Source of the DNA: an uncultured bacterium
Lineage (GTDB): Bacteria; Hydrothermota; UBA3073; NMUJ01; CBEVQO01
Assembly (NCBI GenBank): GCA_965552055.1
Contig: CBEVQO010000001.1
Coordinates: forward strand, 406,779-470,778
DNA length: 64,000 nucleotides
Direction of reading: 5' to 3'
Shown here in pieces: positions 1 through 8,314 of the stretch; the first letter of the stretch is position 1; each line of letters opens with the position of its first letter. The position numbers were made by a program, and so were the translations under genes. The notes beneath the pieces are model-generated. The model had not been told where the DNA came from. It saw only the letters and a program-made list of their open reading frames with translations, and searched no databases.

Positions 1-1
1 T

Positions 2-625
2 CCTCATATTAAAGAAGAAATTGAAAAATTTTTTGTCTGCAAAGTATTCGATTTTTATGGAGGAAATGAGACGAATGTAACGGCATGCGATTGTGAATAC
101 CAGTCAAAACATGTAAATTTTGAATGCGGTATTTTAGAAATAGTAGATGAAAAAGGCAAACCTGTTCCTGAAGGAAAAGAAGGTTTTGTTGTTATTACAG
201 ATTTTACAAATTATTTGATGCCTTTAATAAGATACGAAATGAGAGATTTAGCAGTTTTATCGAAAGAAAAATGCTTATGCGGTAGAAATTCACCTGTAAT
301 CGAGAAGTTACTCGGAAGACAGGATGATATTCTAATAACGAAAGATATGAATTATGTAAGTAGATTGGATGAAGCTTTTCACAAAAGCAAAGGAATTTTT
401 GAAGCCCAAATTGTTCAGGAAAAACCAGGGTATGCGGTAATCAAGATAGTGAAAGACGAAGATTTTCAGCAAAAAGATTTAGAGATTTTGACAGAAGAAC
501 TGAAAAAAAGATTGGGTAAAGATTTTGAAATAGAATTTGAATTTGTGGATGAAATCCCCCGTTTAAAATCGGGAAAATATAAATTTGTGATTAATAAGTG
601 CTTGGAGAATTTAGAAAGGACATAA
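2..625 (+). CDS. Phenylacetate-CoA ligase-like adenylate-forming enzyme (PaaK/CapK family). This is the C-terminal part; the 5' end lies upstream of the window.
   Basis: Open frame from base 2 with no stop; the translation (…FDFYGGNETNV…GKEGFVVITDF…KSGKYKFVI) resembles the PaaK/CapK/F390-synthetase C-terminal region. The ORF-track Met at 215 is internal. Confidence 0.6.
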   Translation, partial: PHIKEEIEKFFVCKVFDFYGGNETNVTACDCEYQSKHVNFECGILEIVDEKGKPVPEGKEGFVVITDFTNYLMPLIRYEMRDLAVLSKEKCLCGRNSPVIEKLLGRQDDILITKDMNYVSRLDEAFHKSKGIFEAQIVQEKPGYAVIKIVKDEDFQQKDLEILTEELKKRLGKDFEIEFEFVDEIPRLKSGKYKFVINKCLENLERT

Positions 626-1758
626 AGGATTATCTTTCAGGGCATTTAATTCCTCCTGCGATAAATTTGGCTTATATTGCTATATTTACCAGAATTTTTC
701 CGCCTTCTGCTTATGGTAAATTTATTTTGTTGATGGTTACCATAAATTTTTGTTTTAACTTTTCATCGACATGGATTTATAATGGAATAATAAGATTTTA
801 TCCCGAAGAGAAAGAGAAAATTTCTAAAATTTTGTTTCTTTTAACCCTTTTATCATCACTTCCTTTTATTTTCATTTTTTTCTTTTTTGAAGGTATTTAT
901 TTCAAATTAGGAGCGTTATTATTTATTTTGAAAAGTATTTTTGATAATTCACTTGCATTTTTACAGGCACAAAGAAAAGCAAAAAAATTCTCTGCCATGC
1001 AAATAGCTTATTCTTGTTTAAATTTAATCTTTTCTTTCATTTTTGTGAAATTTCTGAGAATTGGACTAAATGGCTTAGTTATGGGAGGAATTTTTGCTGT
1101 TCTTGTTTTGCTTTTTATGTTGAAAGAGGTAAAAATTGAATTTTATTTTGAAAAGAAGATAGCAAAAGCAATGTTAAATTACGGTGTCCCTTTAACATTT
1201 TCTAACCTTTTTTCACTTTCGCTTATTTATATTGACAGGTACTTTATAAACTTTTTTTTATCAGAAAAAGAAGTTGGTATTTATTCGGTAAGTTATACAT
1301 TAGCAGAGCGTTTTATAATTTTGCTGACTTCGTTATTTGTGACAGCAAGCAGACCTATATGTTTTCAGCTATATACCAAATCAAAAGAACAGGCTGTAAA
1401 ATACAATAAGAAAATTTCAAAAATATTTGTAGTTATAGGTTTATGTCTTACTCTTTTAATTATAACATTTTCAAAATTGATTTTAAAAATATTTGCAGGG
1501 AAAGAATTCTGGGAAGGAATCACAATTTTCCCCTATATAACATTTTCTGCTTTTTTCTTCGGTTTACAGAAAATCAGCGAAACTTTTATACTTCTGGAGA
1601 AAAAGACAAAGATTTTGCTTTTTATCTTTATGATAGCATGTTTCTTAAACATCGCACTTAACTTTGTTTTAATCCCTAAGTTTGGCATTACAGGAGCAGC
1701 TATTTCGACATTTATTGCATATTTAACACTTTTTATTCTTACCGCAATAAATAGTTGA
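598..1758 (+). CDS. Polysaccharide flippase-like membrane protein (Wzx/MOP superfamily)
   Basis: About 10 predicted TM helices; N-terminal stretch LIPPAINLAYIAIFTRIFPPSAYGKF is typical of Wzx-type O-unit flippases; GTG start overlaps the PaaK-like gene end. Confidence 0.55.
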   Translation: MLGEFRKDIKDYLSGHLIPPAINLAYIAIFTRIFPPSAYGKFILLMVTINFCFNFSSTWIYNGIIRFYPEEKEKISKILFLLTLLSSLPFIFIFFFFEGIYFKLGALLFILKSIFDNSLAFLQAQRKAKKFSAMQIAYSCLNLIFSFIFVKFLRIGLNGLVMGGIFAVLVLLFMLKEVKIEFYFEKKIAKAMLNYGVPLTFSNLFSLSLIYIDRYFINFFLSEKEVGIYSVSYTLAERFIILLTSLFVTASRPICFQLYTKSKEQAVKYNKKISKIFVVIGLCLTLLIITFSKLILKIFAGKEFWEGITIFPYITFSAFFFGLQKISETFILLEKKTKILLFIFMIACFLNIALNFVLIPKFGITGAAISTFIAYLTLFILTAINS

Positions 1759-1768
1759 CAAGGATGTA

Positions 1769-2824
1769 TTGAGGTTAAAATGTAAGGTGAGAGCTATTGC
1801 TAAAACTTTTGCAAAGGAAGGTCTCGAGATAATTGATGTTAAGATACCTGAGATTAAGGAGAAAGAAGTTTTAATAAAAGTAAAAATGGCAGCCATTTGT
1901 GGGACAGATGTTCATATTTATAAATGGGATGAGTGGGCTCAAAGCAGGATAAAAATACCTCAAATTATAGGACATGAATTTTGTGGAGAAGTTGTTGAAG
2001 TGGGCAAAGCAGTTTCGAAAGTGAAAAAAGGCGATTTTGTATCTGCTGAGACGCATATTGTTTGTGGCAGGTGCATACAATGTTTATCAGGTCAGATGCA
2101 TTTGTGTTCAAATTTGAAAATACTGGGTGTCGATTGTGATGGATGTTTTGCGGAATATGTGAAGATACCGGAAGATATTGTCTGGATCAATGAACCTTCT
2201 TTGCCACCTGAAATTGCAGCTATTCAAGAGCCTTTCGGTAATGCTGTTTATTGTACACTTGTTGAGCCTGTTAATGGCAAATCTGTGCTAATAATGGGTG
2301 CCGGACCTCAGGGACTATTTGCTACAGCTATTGCCCGTGCATCAGGAGCAACTCTTGTAATCGTGGTTGAGCCATCGGATTTCCGTAGAAAAATGGCAAA
2401 AGAACTGGGCGCCGATGTGGTTATAAATCCAAATAAAGAGAATGTTGAAGAAATTGTTATGGAAATGACAAAAGGAGTGGGAGTAGATGTGTTTCTTGAT
2501 ATGGCTGGTATCGAATATTCTATAAAAACAGGACTTAAACTCTTAAGAAAAGGAGGAAGATTCTCTGCGTTTGGTATTCCTTCGAGACCTATTTCGATAA
2601 ATTTCGCTGATGACATAATTTTCAAAGGTATAACAATTTACGGCATAAACGGTAGATTGATGTTCGATACATGGGTTAAAGCGAGAAATTTTCTATCAAC
2701 TAAAAGAATAGATATTTCTAAAGTAATCACCCATAAGTTTAAATTCTCCGAATTTAATAAAGCGTTTGAAATATTAACTTCACCTGAAAAGAATTGTGGC
2801 AAGATATTGCTTATTCCCGATTAA
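1769..2824 (+). CDS. tdh: L-threonine 3-dehydrogenase (zinc-dependent MDR family)
   Basis: Aligns along its whole length to Tdh (ICGTDVHIY.WDEW…GHE..GEVV..G, GAGPxG Rossmann motif, C-terminal GKILL). TTG start at 1769 or GTG at 1787. Confidence 0.9.
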   Translation: MRLKCKVRAIAKTFAKEGLEIIDVKIPEIKEKEVLIKVKMAAICGTDVHIYKWDEWAQSRIKIPQIIGHEFCGEVVEVGKAVSKVKKGDFVSAETHIVCGRCIQCLSGQMHLCSNLKILGVDCDGCFAEYVKIPEDIVWINEPSLPPEIAAIQEPFGNAVYCTLVEPVNGKSVLIMGAGPQGLFATAIARASGATLVIVVEPSDFRRKMAKELGADVVINPNKENVEEIVMEMTKGVGVDVFLDMAGIEYSIKTGLKLLRKGGRFSAFGIPSRPISINFADDIIFKGITIYGINGRLMFDTWVKARNFLSTKRIDISKVITHKFKFSEFNKAFEILTSPEKNCGKILLIPD

Positions 2825-3392
2825 TCCTTTTCTTTATGTATTCGCAGTAGAGGGCAATTGCAGGGTTGTGACCCAACACTCTATCTTTTACGATAAAAGT
2901 GGTAACAGGTGCTTTTGAATATCTTGTAAAAATTATATCATGACCTATACACAATCCACAAATTATATTTAAATCGGTCTTCTTTTCATTCAAAATATAT
3001 GCCTGGCCTACTGGATTACACATCGCTTCTTCTCTTTCTTCTATTATCTTTTTAAGATTAAATTCATCTTTTGAAATTCCACAGACTTTACAACAAACAG
3101 AATAAACTTCAAAACCTGCATTTTCAAGAATTTGAGATAAAATTTTGGCTTCATGGGATAAACCAATACAAAAAGCAATTCCTATCTTTTTATAATTCAT
3201 TCTTCGGCAAAATTCTATTATTTCTTCTAACCTATTCTTTTTGCAATAAAATTCACCTTCGATAGAAGTCGCTACCTTCATCATTTCTTTTAATTTCTCG
3301 TCCTTTTCATAAATTTCTTTTATTTTTTCTTTTAAATTAAAGCAATCTTTTCCCTTATAACAATCTTTATTTTTACAATTTACACATTTCAT
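2811..3392 (-). CDS. Cys-rich putative metal-binding protein (DUF1847-like)
   Basis: 193 aa with about 14 cysteines in CxxC/CC motifs; resembles the DUF1847 family. Its 3' end overlaps tdh by 14 nt in a convergent arrangement. Confidence 0.45.
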   Translation of the reverse strand: MKCVNCKNKDCYKGKDCFNLKEKIKEIYEKDEKLKEMMKVATSIEGEFYCKKNRLEEIIEFCRRMNYKKIGIAFCIGLSHEAKILSQILENAGFEVYSVCCKVCGISKDEFNLKKIIEEREEAMCNPVGQAYILNEKKTDLNIICGLCIGHDIIFTRYSKAPVTTFIVKDRVLGHNPAIALYCEYIKKRINRE

Positions 3393-4114
3393 TTGTGTTT
3401 AAGAAGTAGCATCAACATAATTCCGAGCAATATGAGGACTATTTGAGGTATTGATTTTTTCCATTCCGTTTGCTTTCTGAGTTCTGGTATGAGGTCGACG
3501 AGTGCGATATAGGCGAATCCACCGGCTGAAAAGGCAAGAAGAGGCGATTTTAAAGCATTTATACTCTCACCAACAAAAAAGGTAATAACTCCTCCCAGGA
3601 TACATGTTAGCGCTGATAAAAAGTTATAGAAAATAGCCTTTCTTATTGTTAATCCGGCATAAAGCAATACTCCGAAATCTCCGAGTTCCTGTGGTATTTC
3701 GTGTAAAGCAACTGCAATTGTGGTGATTACACCGAGATGTTGTGATGTAAGAAAAGAGCCAGCTATTACAACACCATCAAGAAAATTGTGAAAAGCATCA
3801 CCAATTATGTTGAGATAAGCAACAGTATGAACCGGGCATTCAACCCTGTGACAGTGTCTCCAGTATAGAAATTTTTCGAGTATGAAGAAAACTATTATTC
3901 CAAGCACAAAGTTATAAACGGCAGATTCCGACCCTTCCCAGGCTTCAGGAAGTAAATGAAACATTCCTCCACCAATCAAAGCACCTGTAGCGAAACTCAC
4001 AAGAGCATAGATAATCTTTTGTAAATTCTTGCGAAATAAGAGTGATAAAATTCCAACTAAAGACAATAAACTAATACCCGCTGTGGCAAGAATAATATTT
4101 AACAAAACATTCAT
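3389..4114 (-). CDS. ZIP family divalent metal (zinc) transporter, ZupT/GufA-like
   Basis: Eight TM helices and the HEIPQELGDFGVL signature of ZIP transporters; 4-nt overlaps with both neighbours. Confidence 0.75.
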   Translation of the reverse strand: MNVLLNIILATAGISLLSLVGILSLLFRKNLQKIIYALVSFATGALIGGGMFHLLPEAWEGSESAVYNFVLGIIVFFILEKFLYWRHCHRVECPVHTVAYLNIIGDAFHNFLDGVVIAGSFLTSQHLGVITTIAVALHEIPQELGDFGVLLYAGLTIRKAIFYNFLSALTCILGGVITFFVGESINALKSPLLAFSAGGFAYIALVDLIPELRKQTEWKKSIPQIVLILLGIMLMLLLKHK

Positions 4115-5961
4115 GAGTTATCGATTAAATCTTCGGGTATTTCTTTTACAAAGCGTGACAAAGGTCTTGGAAATCCGTAAGCCACCTGTGGTGCGAGTAG
4201 AAATACTTCTTCTTTTGCTCTTGTAAGTGCAACATAAAAAAGACGGCGCTCCTCTTCCATCTCATCTTCATCATATAAGGCATCACGATGGGGGAAACAT
4301 CCATCGGTTAGACCTATCAAAATTACTCTTTTAAATTCAAGACCCTTTGCATTATGTGCAGTCATCAAAATTACTTTTTCTCTTGAATCCGACTCTTTTA
4401 ATCTATCCACATCTGTATAAAGTGATATTCTTTGCAAAAATTCGAATATCGTATCGTAAGGGCGAGCAATTCGCAATAATTCTTTGACATTCTCAATTCT
4501 GTCCTCTGCTTCAACCTGTTTACTTCCTGTTTTTAATTTCTTTAAATAATTTATACTCTCCATAAACCTTATCAAAGCATCATAAGGTGTTGCATTTCTC
4601 TCCTTTATATCTTTTATCAATAAGTGTAGAGACCTTAATCTCATTATTTTTGGTGCAGAAGGCAGTATTTTATGAACTTCATTTAAAGCTTCCACAGGTG
4701 ATATTCTTTTTCTCTCTGCATAGTTCAAAATCGTATCGACTGTTTTTTTACCAATATTCGGTAAAAGTTCGAGCACACGCCTTAAAGAAACACCATCTTG
4801 AGGATTATCCACTATTTTTAAAAACGCAATTAAATCTTTTATTTCTTTTCTCTCATAAAATCTGAAACCGCCTATTATTTTATATGGTATTCCTTCTTTT
4901 ATGAGCATTTCCTCAATAGGTCTTGTAAGATGATGCATTCTATAAAGGATTACTGTATCTGATATTCCATTTTGTTTCAATATCTGGCAACATATTTGAG
5001 CTTCTGCATCCGGATCTGGTGGTCTTATTAATTTTATCTTTTTTCCTCCTCTTTTATCTGTGTATAAATTTTTGCCCAATCTTTTTTTGTTATTTTTTAT
5101 AACCGCAGATGCTGCACGCAGAATAATTTCGGTTGATCTGTAATTTTTTTCAAGGTTTATTATCTTTACATCTTTAAAAATTTTCGGGAAATTTAAAATG
5201 TTGTCTATTTCTGCTCCTCTCCATCCATAAATTGATTGATCTTCATCGCCCACGACCGTCAAATTTTTGCATTTTTCTGTCAAAAGTGTTAATAATTTAA
5301 ATTGTGCATAATTAGTATCCTGATATTCATCCACAAGAATATAGCGAAAAGGCATGCTTTCTCTAATATCTTTAAAAGTGGACAGTAATTTAACGGCGTT
5401 AAATAGCAAATCATCGAAATCCATTGCATTTAATTCTTTTAATTTTCTTTGATAAATTTGATAAACATTTTTTATCTGGGGGTCATAAAATTCAATTAAT
5501 GGAAATTCTTCTGGAGGAATTAGTTTATTTTTTGCAAGAGAAATTCTGTATTGGCATAATTCTGGTTTTACAGAAAGTCCCCCTTCCTTTATTATTTCCT
5601 TGATAAGTCTTTTAGAATCTTCTTCATCGAAAATAGTGTAATTGGGTGTGTATCCTAATCTTTTTGCGTAGAATCTGAGTAATTTTGCACAAAATGAATG
5701 GAAGGTAGAAATCCATACTTTTTCTCCTGTTTTTCCTACAAGTTTTATTACTCTTTCTTTCATTTCATCTGCAGCTTTATTTGTAAAAGTTACTGCAAGA
5801 ATTTCATGTGGTTTTATGCCTTTTGACAGAAGGTAGGCGACTTTACAGGTCAACACAAGGGTCTTACCGCTTCCTGCACCAGCGTTTACAAGAATAAAGC
5901 CCTCTGTTTGCAAAACAGCTTCTCTTTGATTGGGATTTAAAATTTTTAAAAAATCGTTCAA
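4111..5961 (-). CDS. ATP-dependent DNA helicase, UvrD/PcrA/Rep family
   Basis: Walker A GAGSGKT, TFTNKAADEM, DEYQDTN and other SF1 helicase motifs. At 616 aa it is shorter than canonical UvrD (the C-terminal 2B/CTD region is reduced). Confidence 0.85.
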   Translation of the reverse strand: MNDFLKILNPNQREAVLQTEGFILVNAGAGSGKTLVLTCKVAYLLSKGIKPHEILAVTFTNKAADEMKERVIKLVGKTGEKVWISTFHSFCAKLLRFYAKRLGYTPNYTIFDEEDSKRLIKEIIKEGGLSVKPELCQYRISLAKNKLIPPEEFPLIEFYDPQIKNVYQIYQRKLKELNAMDFDDLLFNAVKLLSTFKDIRESMPFRYILVDEYQDTNYAQFKLLTLLTEKCKNLTVVGDEDQSIYGWRGAEIDNILNFPKIFKDVKIINLEKNYRSTEIILRAASAVIKNNKKRLGKNLYTDKRGGKKIKLIRPPDPDAEAQICCQILKQNGISDTVILYRMHHLTRPIEEMLIKEGIPYKIIGGFRFYERKEIKDLIAFLKIVDNPQDGVSLRRVLELLPNIGKKTVDTILNYAERKRISPVEALNEVHKILPSAPKIMRLRSLHLLIKDIKERNATPYDALIRFMESINYLKKLKTGSKQVEAEDRIENVKELLRIARPYDTIFEFLQRISLYTDVDRLKESDSREKVILMTAHNAKGLEFKRVILIGLTDGCFPHRDALYDEDEMEEERRLFYVALTRAKEEVFLLAPQVAYGFPRPLSRFVKEIPEDLIDNS

Positions 5962-5981
5962 ATTTATTTAATAGAAAGATT

Positions 5982-6905
5982 TCACCATTCAAAACTTTGC
6001 ACAACTATTATATCTTTTTTTCGTGCTTCTTCTATAAATTTTTTCCTTGCGAAATGAGTTACTATTACTTTGACTATATTCTGTTCACCGTATTCTGATA
6101 CTACTGCATTTACTTTCTCTGCGAGTTCATCAAATACTTCTTCCTGTTCGCGTCTCTCAGATATTCTTAATTTTGCTTCTCCTATTATTAAGACATCTTT
6201 GCCATCTTTTTTGCCTTTACCGAAGATATTTATCTCTTTGCCACCGATTTCTTCTCTTATAAATTTTTCTTTTATTTCTATGTTATATTTTTCCTTCAAT
6301 ATTTTTGGTAACATTCTTGCTGCTTCGTTTTCGAATGCGTAGCTTATTGTCCTTGATAGTCCACCGAGTTCCTGTCTCGTTGATTTAATGGCTTCTGTAA
6401 GAGTCCTTATCTCATCTTCTGTTCTTTTTTGAGCTTCTGCTAATTCTTCTACCCTCTGTTCTGTTCTTTTTTGAGCTTCTGCAAGTTTTTCCACCCTCTC
6501 TTCTGTTCTTTTTTGAGCTTCTGCCAGTTCTTCTACTCTCTGTTCAAGTTTCTTCTGAGCCTCTGCTAACTCCTGGACTCTTTGCTCGGTTTTCTTCTGT
6601 GCTTCTGCTAATCCTTCCACCCTTTTTGCTAATTTTTCCACTCTTTGCTCGGTTTTCTTCTGTGCTTCTGCTAGTTCTTCCACTCTTTGCTCAGTTTTCT
6701 TCTGAGCCTCCGATAATTCTTCTACTCTCTTTGCTAATTCTTCTACTCTTTTTTCAGTTTTCTTCTGTGCTTCTACAAGCTCCTTGATTGCCTTTCGTAT
6801 TTCTTTAAATTCCATAATTTCTTCTCTCAATTTCTGGAATGCCTCATATATAGGTTCTCTTATCGCGGATGGTAACTCACTCAGTATGTCCCTTATTGTT
6901 CGCAT
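5982..6905 (-). CDS. Coiled-coil repeat protein with a C-terminal PD-(D/E)XK-like domain (DUF3782-like)
   Basis: ORF track gives 5982..6923 with a TTG start that would overlap the -10 box; the ATG at 6905 (MRTIRDILSEL…) is more likely. The centre is tandem 14-aa repeats (EELAEAQKKTEQRV); the C-terminal 130 aa contains D…E.K (DVLIIGEAK). Confidence 0.7.
   Translation of the reverse strand: MRTIRDILSELPSAIREPIYEAFQKLREEIMEFKEIRKAIKELVEAQKKTEKRVEELAKRVEELSEAQKKTEQRVEELAEAQKKTEQRVEKLAKRVEGLAEAQKKTEQRVQELAEAQKKLEQRVEELAEAQKRTEERVEKLAEAQKRTEQRVEELAEAQKRTEDEIRTLTEAIKSTRQELGGLSRTISYAFENEAARMLPKILKEKYNIEIKEKFIREEIGGKEINIFGKGKKDGKDVLIIGEAKLRISERREQEEVFDELAEKVNAVVSEYGEQNIVKVIVTHFARKKFIEEARKKDIIVVQSFEW
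6418..6792. repeat. Tandem 42-bp repeat array, about 8.5 units with 21-bp half units, inside the coiled-coil gene
   Basis: Units of the form (c/t)tc(t/g)gttctt(c/t)tg(a/t)gc(c/t)tctgc(t/c)a(a/g)(t/c)tcttc(t/c)ac(c/t)ct(c/t)tg repeat head to tail from 6418 to 6792 and encode the heptad/14-mer coiled coil. Confidence 0.85.
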
Positions 6906-6910
6906 CCCAT

Positions 6911-6939
6911 TTATTATAATCAAATTAAAAATTTGTCAA
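6911..6939 (-). promoter_or_regulatory. Sigma-70-like promoter (TTGACA-15-TATAAT) for the coiled-coil gene
   Basis: Minus strand reads ttgacaaatttttaatttgattataat, followed by aaatggg and ATG (6905). Confidence 0.5.
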
Positions 6940-6963
6940 TTAAAAATTTTTTATAAAAAACTA

Positions 6964-6990
6964 TTGACAATTTGATATTTTGTTTAAAAT
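6964..6990 (+). promoter_or_regulatory. Sigma-70-like promoter (TTGACA-N15-TAAAAT), divergent from the previous one
   Basis: ttgacaatttgatattttgtttaaaat; the two -35 boxes form an inverted repeat (aatttgtcaatt / aattgacaattt); ATG at 6999. Confidence 0.45.
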
Positions 6991-6998
6991 TTCAAGTC

Positions 6999-7907
6999 AT
7001 GGTAGTGCTGATATTTTTGGTAGGGATAAATATAGGAGACGCCGTAAGAATGTTAAATGAAACCTGTCTCGAGCCCTACATATCGCCTGTGATGAGAGGA
7101 TTTCTTATGGGACTTAATACCAATCTTTATCATACCGGACGCTCACACGCATTGCTCGGAGGAGATGTTAGCTTAAGCCTTTCTTTTGTAACTATACCGG
7201 ATAAGTACGATTATGCTACCTATAAAGTGTTGAAATGGAATTCGTCAGCTCTTAATTTCACAGATACAGTTGAAATAAAGTGGACAACAGCATCGGGTCC
7301 TGAGAAAAGCGATAGTACACTGGGTGAAGAATATCTGCCACCTGTCCTTCCCCGTGGTTTCAATGTAAACTTATTACCGCTTCTTCTCGTTCAGGTAAAT
7401 ATAGGTTTGTTGCGAGGAGTAGAAGTCGGACTTAGATATCTCCCTGTTTTTAAATTACTGGGCGAAAAGTTTGCTTACTGGGGCGCAGGAATAAAGCTCG
7501 ACCTTAAGAAGATGAGGGTGCTAAAGACTCCTTTCCATCTTACTCCATTCTTTTTCTATCAATCTATAAGATGGGGTGAGTTTGCAAAAGTTGATATTAT
7601 AAGTATTGATTTGATATTTTGTAAAACTATAAATTTGCATTTATTTACGTTGACACCTTATATAAGTCCAGGGATAGGTTTTGCTACTGCGAGATTCTCC
7701 TATGGCTTTAAATATACCGATCCGCTTACTAACGAGCAAAAAGAAATACAGTTATCACCTTCTTTTGGCTATTTTGCTCCGAAATTATCAGGGGGACTGA
7801 GATTTAGATTTCCCTTAATGCCACTTGTTGGCTGGACGCTCGTATTTAACGCTGTATTTACTGAATTTCCATCTTTTTCAATTGGTCTTGGTTTAACTGC
7901 GAGATGA
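6999..7907 (+). CDS. Hypothetical beta-rich protein, possibly an outer-membrane beta-barrel
   Basis: Alternating hydrophobic pattern typical of beta strands along the whole length and aromatic-rich strands; no recognisable family. Track start 6972 (TTG) lies in the promoter; ATG at 6999 or 7050 is more likely. Confidence 0.45.
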   Translation: MVVLIFLVGINIGDAVRMLNETCLEPYISPVMRGFLMGLNTNLYHTGRSHALLGGDVSLSLSFVTIPDKYDYATYKVLKWNSSALNFTDTVEIKWTTASGPEKSDSTLGEEYLPPVLPRGFNVNLLPLLLVQVNIGLLRGVEVGLRYLPVFKLLGEKFAYWGAGIKLDLKKMRVLKTPFHLTPFFFYQSIRWGEFAKVDIISIDLIFCKTINLHLFTLTPYISPGIGFATARFSYGFKYTDPLTNEQKEIQLSPSFGYFAPKLSGGLRFRFPLMPLVGWTLVFNAVFTEFPSFSIGLGLTAR

Positions 7908-8314
7908 GTGATTTCGAACCCAAAATTGTTTGCTTTTTCTGTAAATGGTGCACCTATGCTGGAGCTGATCTCGCTGGCACTTCCCGTATGAAATACAAAC
8001 CAAACGCAGTGCCTATCAGAGTAATGTGTTCTTCAAGGGTGTCACCTGCACATATCCTTAACGCTTTAAAAGAAGGAGCTGATGGAGTTCTCATAGGAGG
8101 ATGTCATCCGGGAGACTGTCATTACCAGACCGGTAATTACAAAACCTTAAGAAGGATTTTATTACTGAAAAAGATGTTACCGCAATTCGGGATTGACCCG
8201 AGAAGAGTTAGACTCGAATGGATATCAGCAGCGGAATCCTCAAAATTTGTTAAAGTTATGGATGAATTCATCGAAGAAGTAAGAAAACTGGGTCCCCTTA
8301 AGATTCACCAGTGA
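7904..8314 (+). CDS. MvhD-like iron-sulfur protein (methyl-viologen-reducing hydrogenase delta subunit / FlpD family)
   Basis: [21 protein letters not shown]…IRVMCSSRV…[23 protein letters not shown]…LEWISA aligns almost residue for residue with MvhD. ATGA overlap with the upstream gene. Confidence 0.8.
   Translation: MSDFEPKIVCFFCKWCTYAGADLAGTSRMKYKPNAVPIRVMCSSRVSPAHILNALKEGADGVLIGGCHPGDCHYQTGNYKTLRRILLLKKMLPQFGIDPRRVRLEWISAAESSKFVKVMDEFIEEVRKLGPLKIHQ

Noticed and set aside
1443-2625. ORFs antisense to or frame-shifted within the flippase and tdh genes (1443-1661 +, 1871-2080 -, 2308-2625 -)
   Set aside because: They are entirely contained in strongly supported genes, have low-complexity compositions and no motifs; AT-rich DNA produces such open frames at random.
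6418-6792. The tandem repeat array as a possible CRISPR array
   Set aside because: The units are contiguous with no unique spacers, are 42 bp in phase with a reading frame, and encode a regular coiled coil; no cas genes are nearby.
6070-6975. Plus-strand ORFs (6070-6342, 6599-6787, 6784-6975) opposite the coiled-coil gene
   Set aside because: They are artefacts of the 42-bp tandem repeat read on the other strand (poly-Leu/Ser/Phe low-complexity translations). The last one also runs through the divergent promoter.
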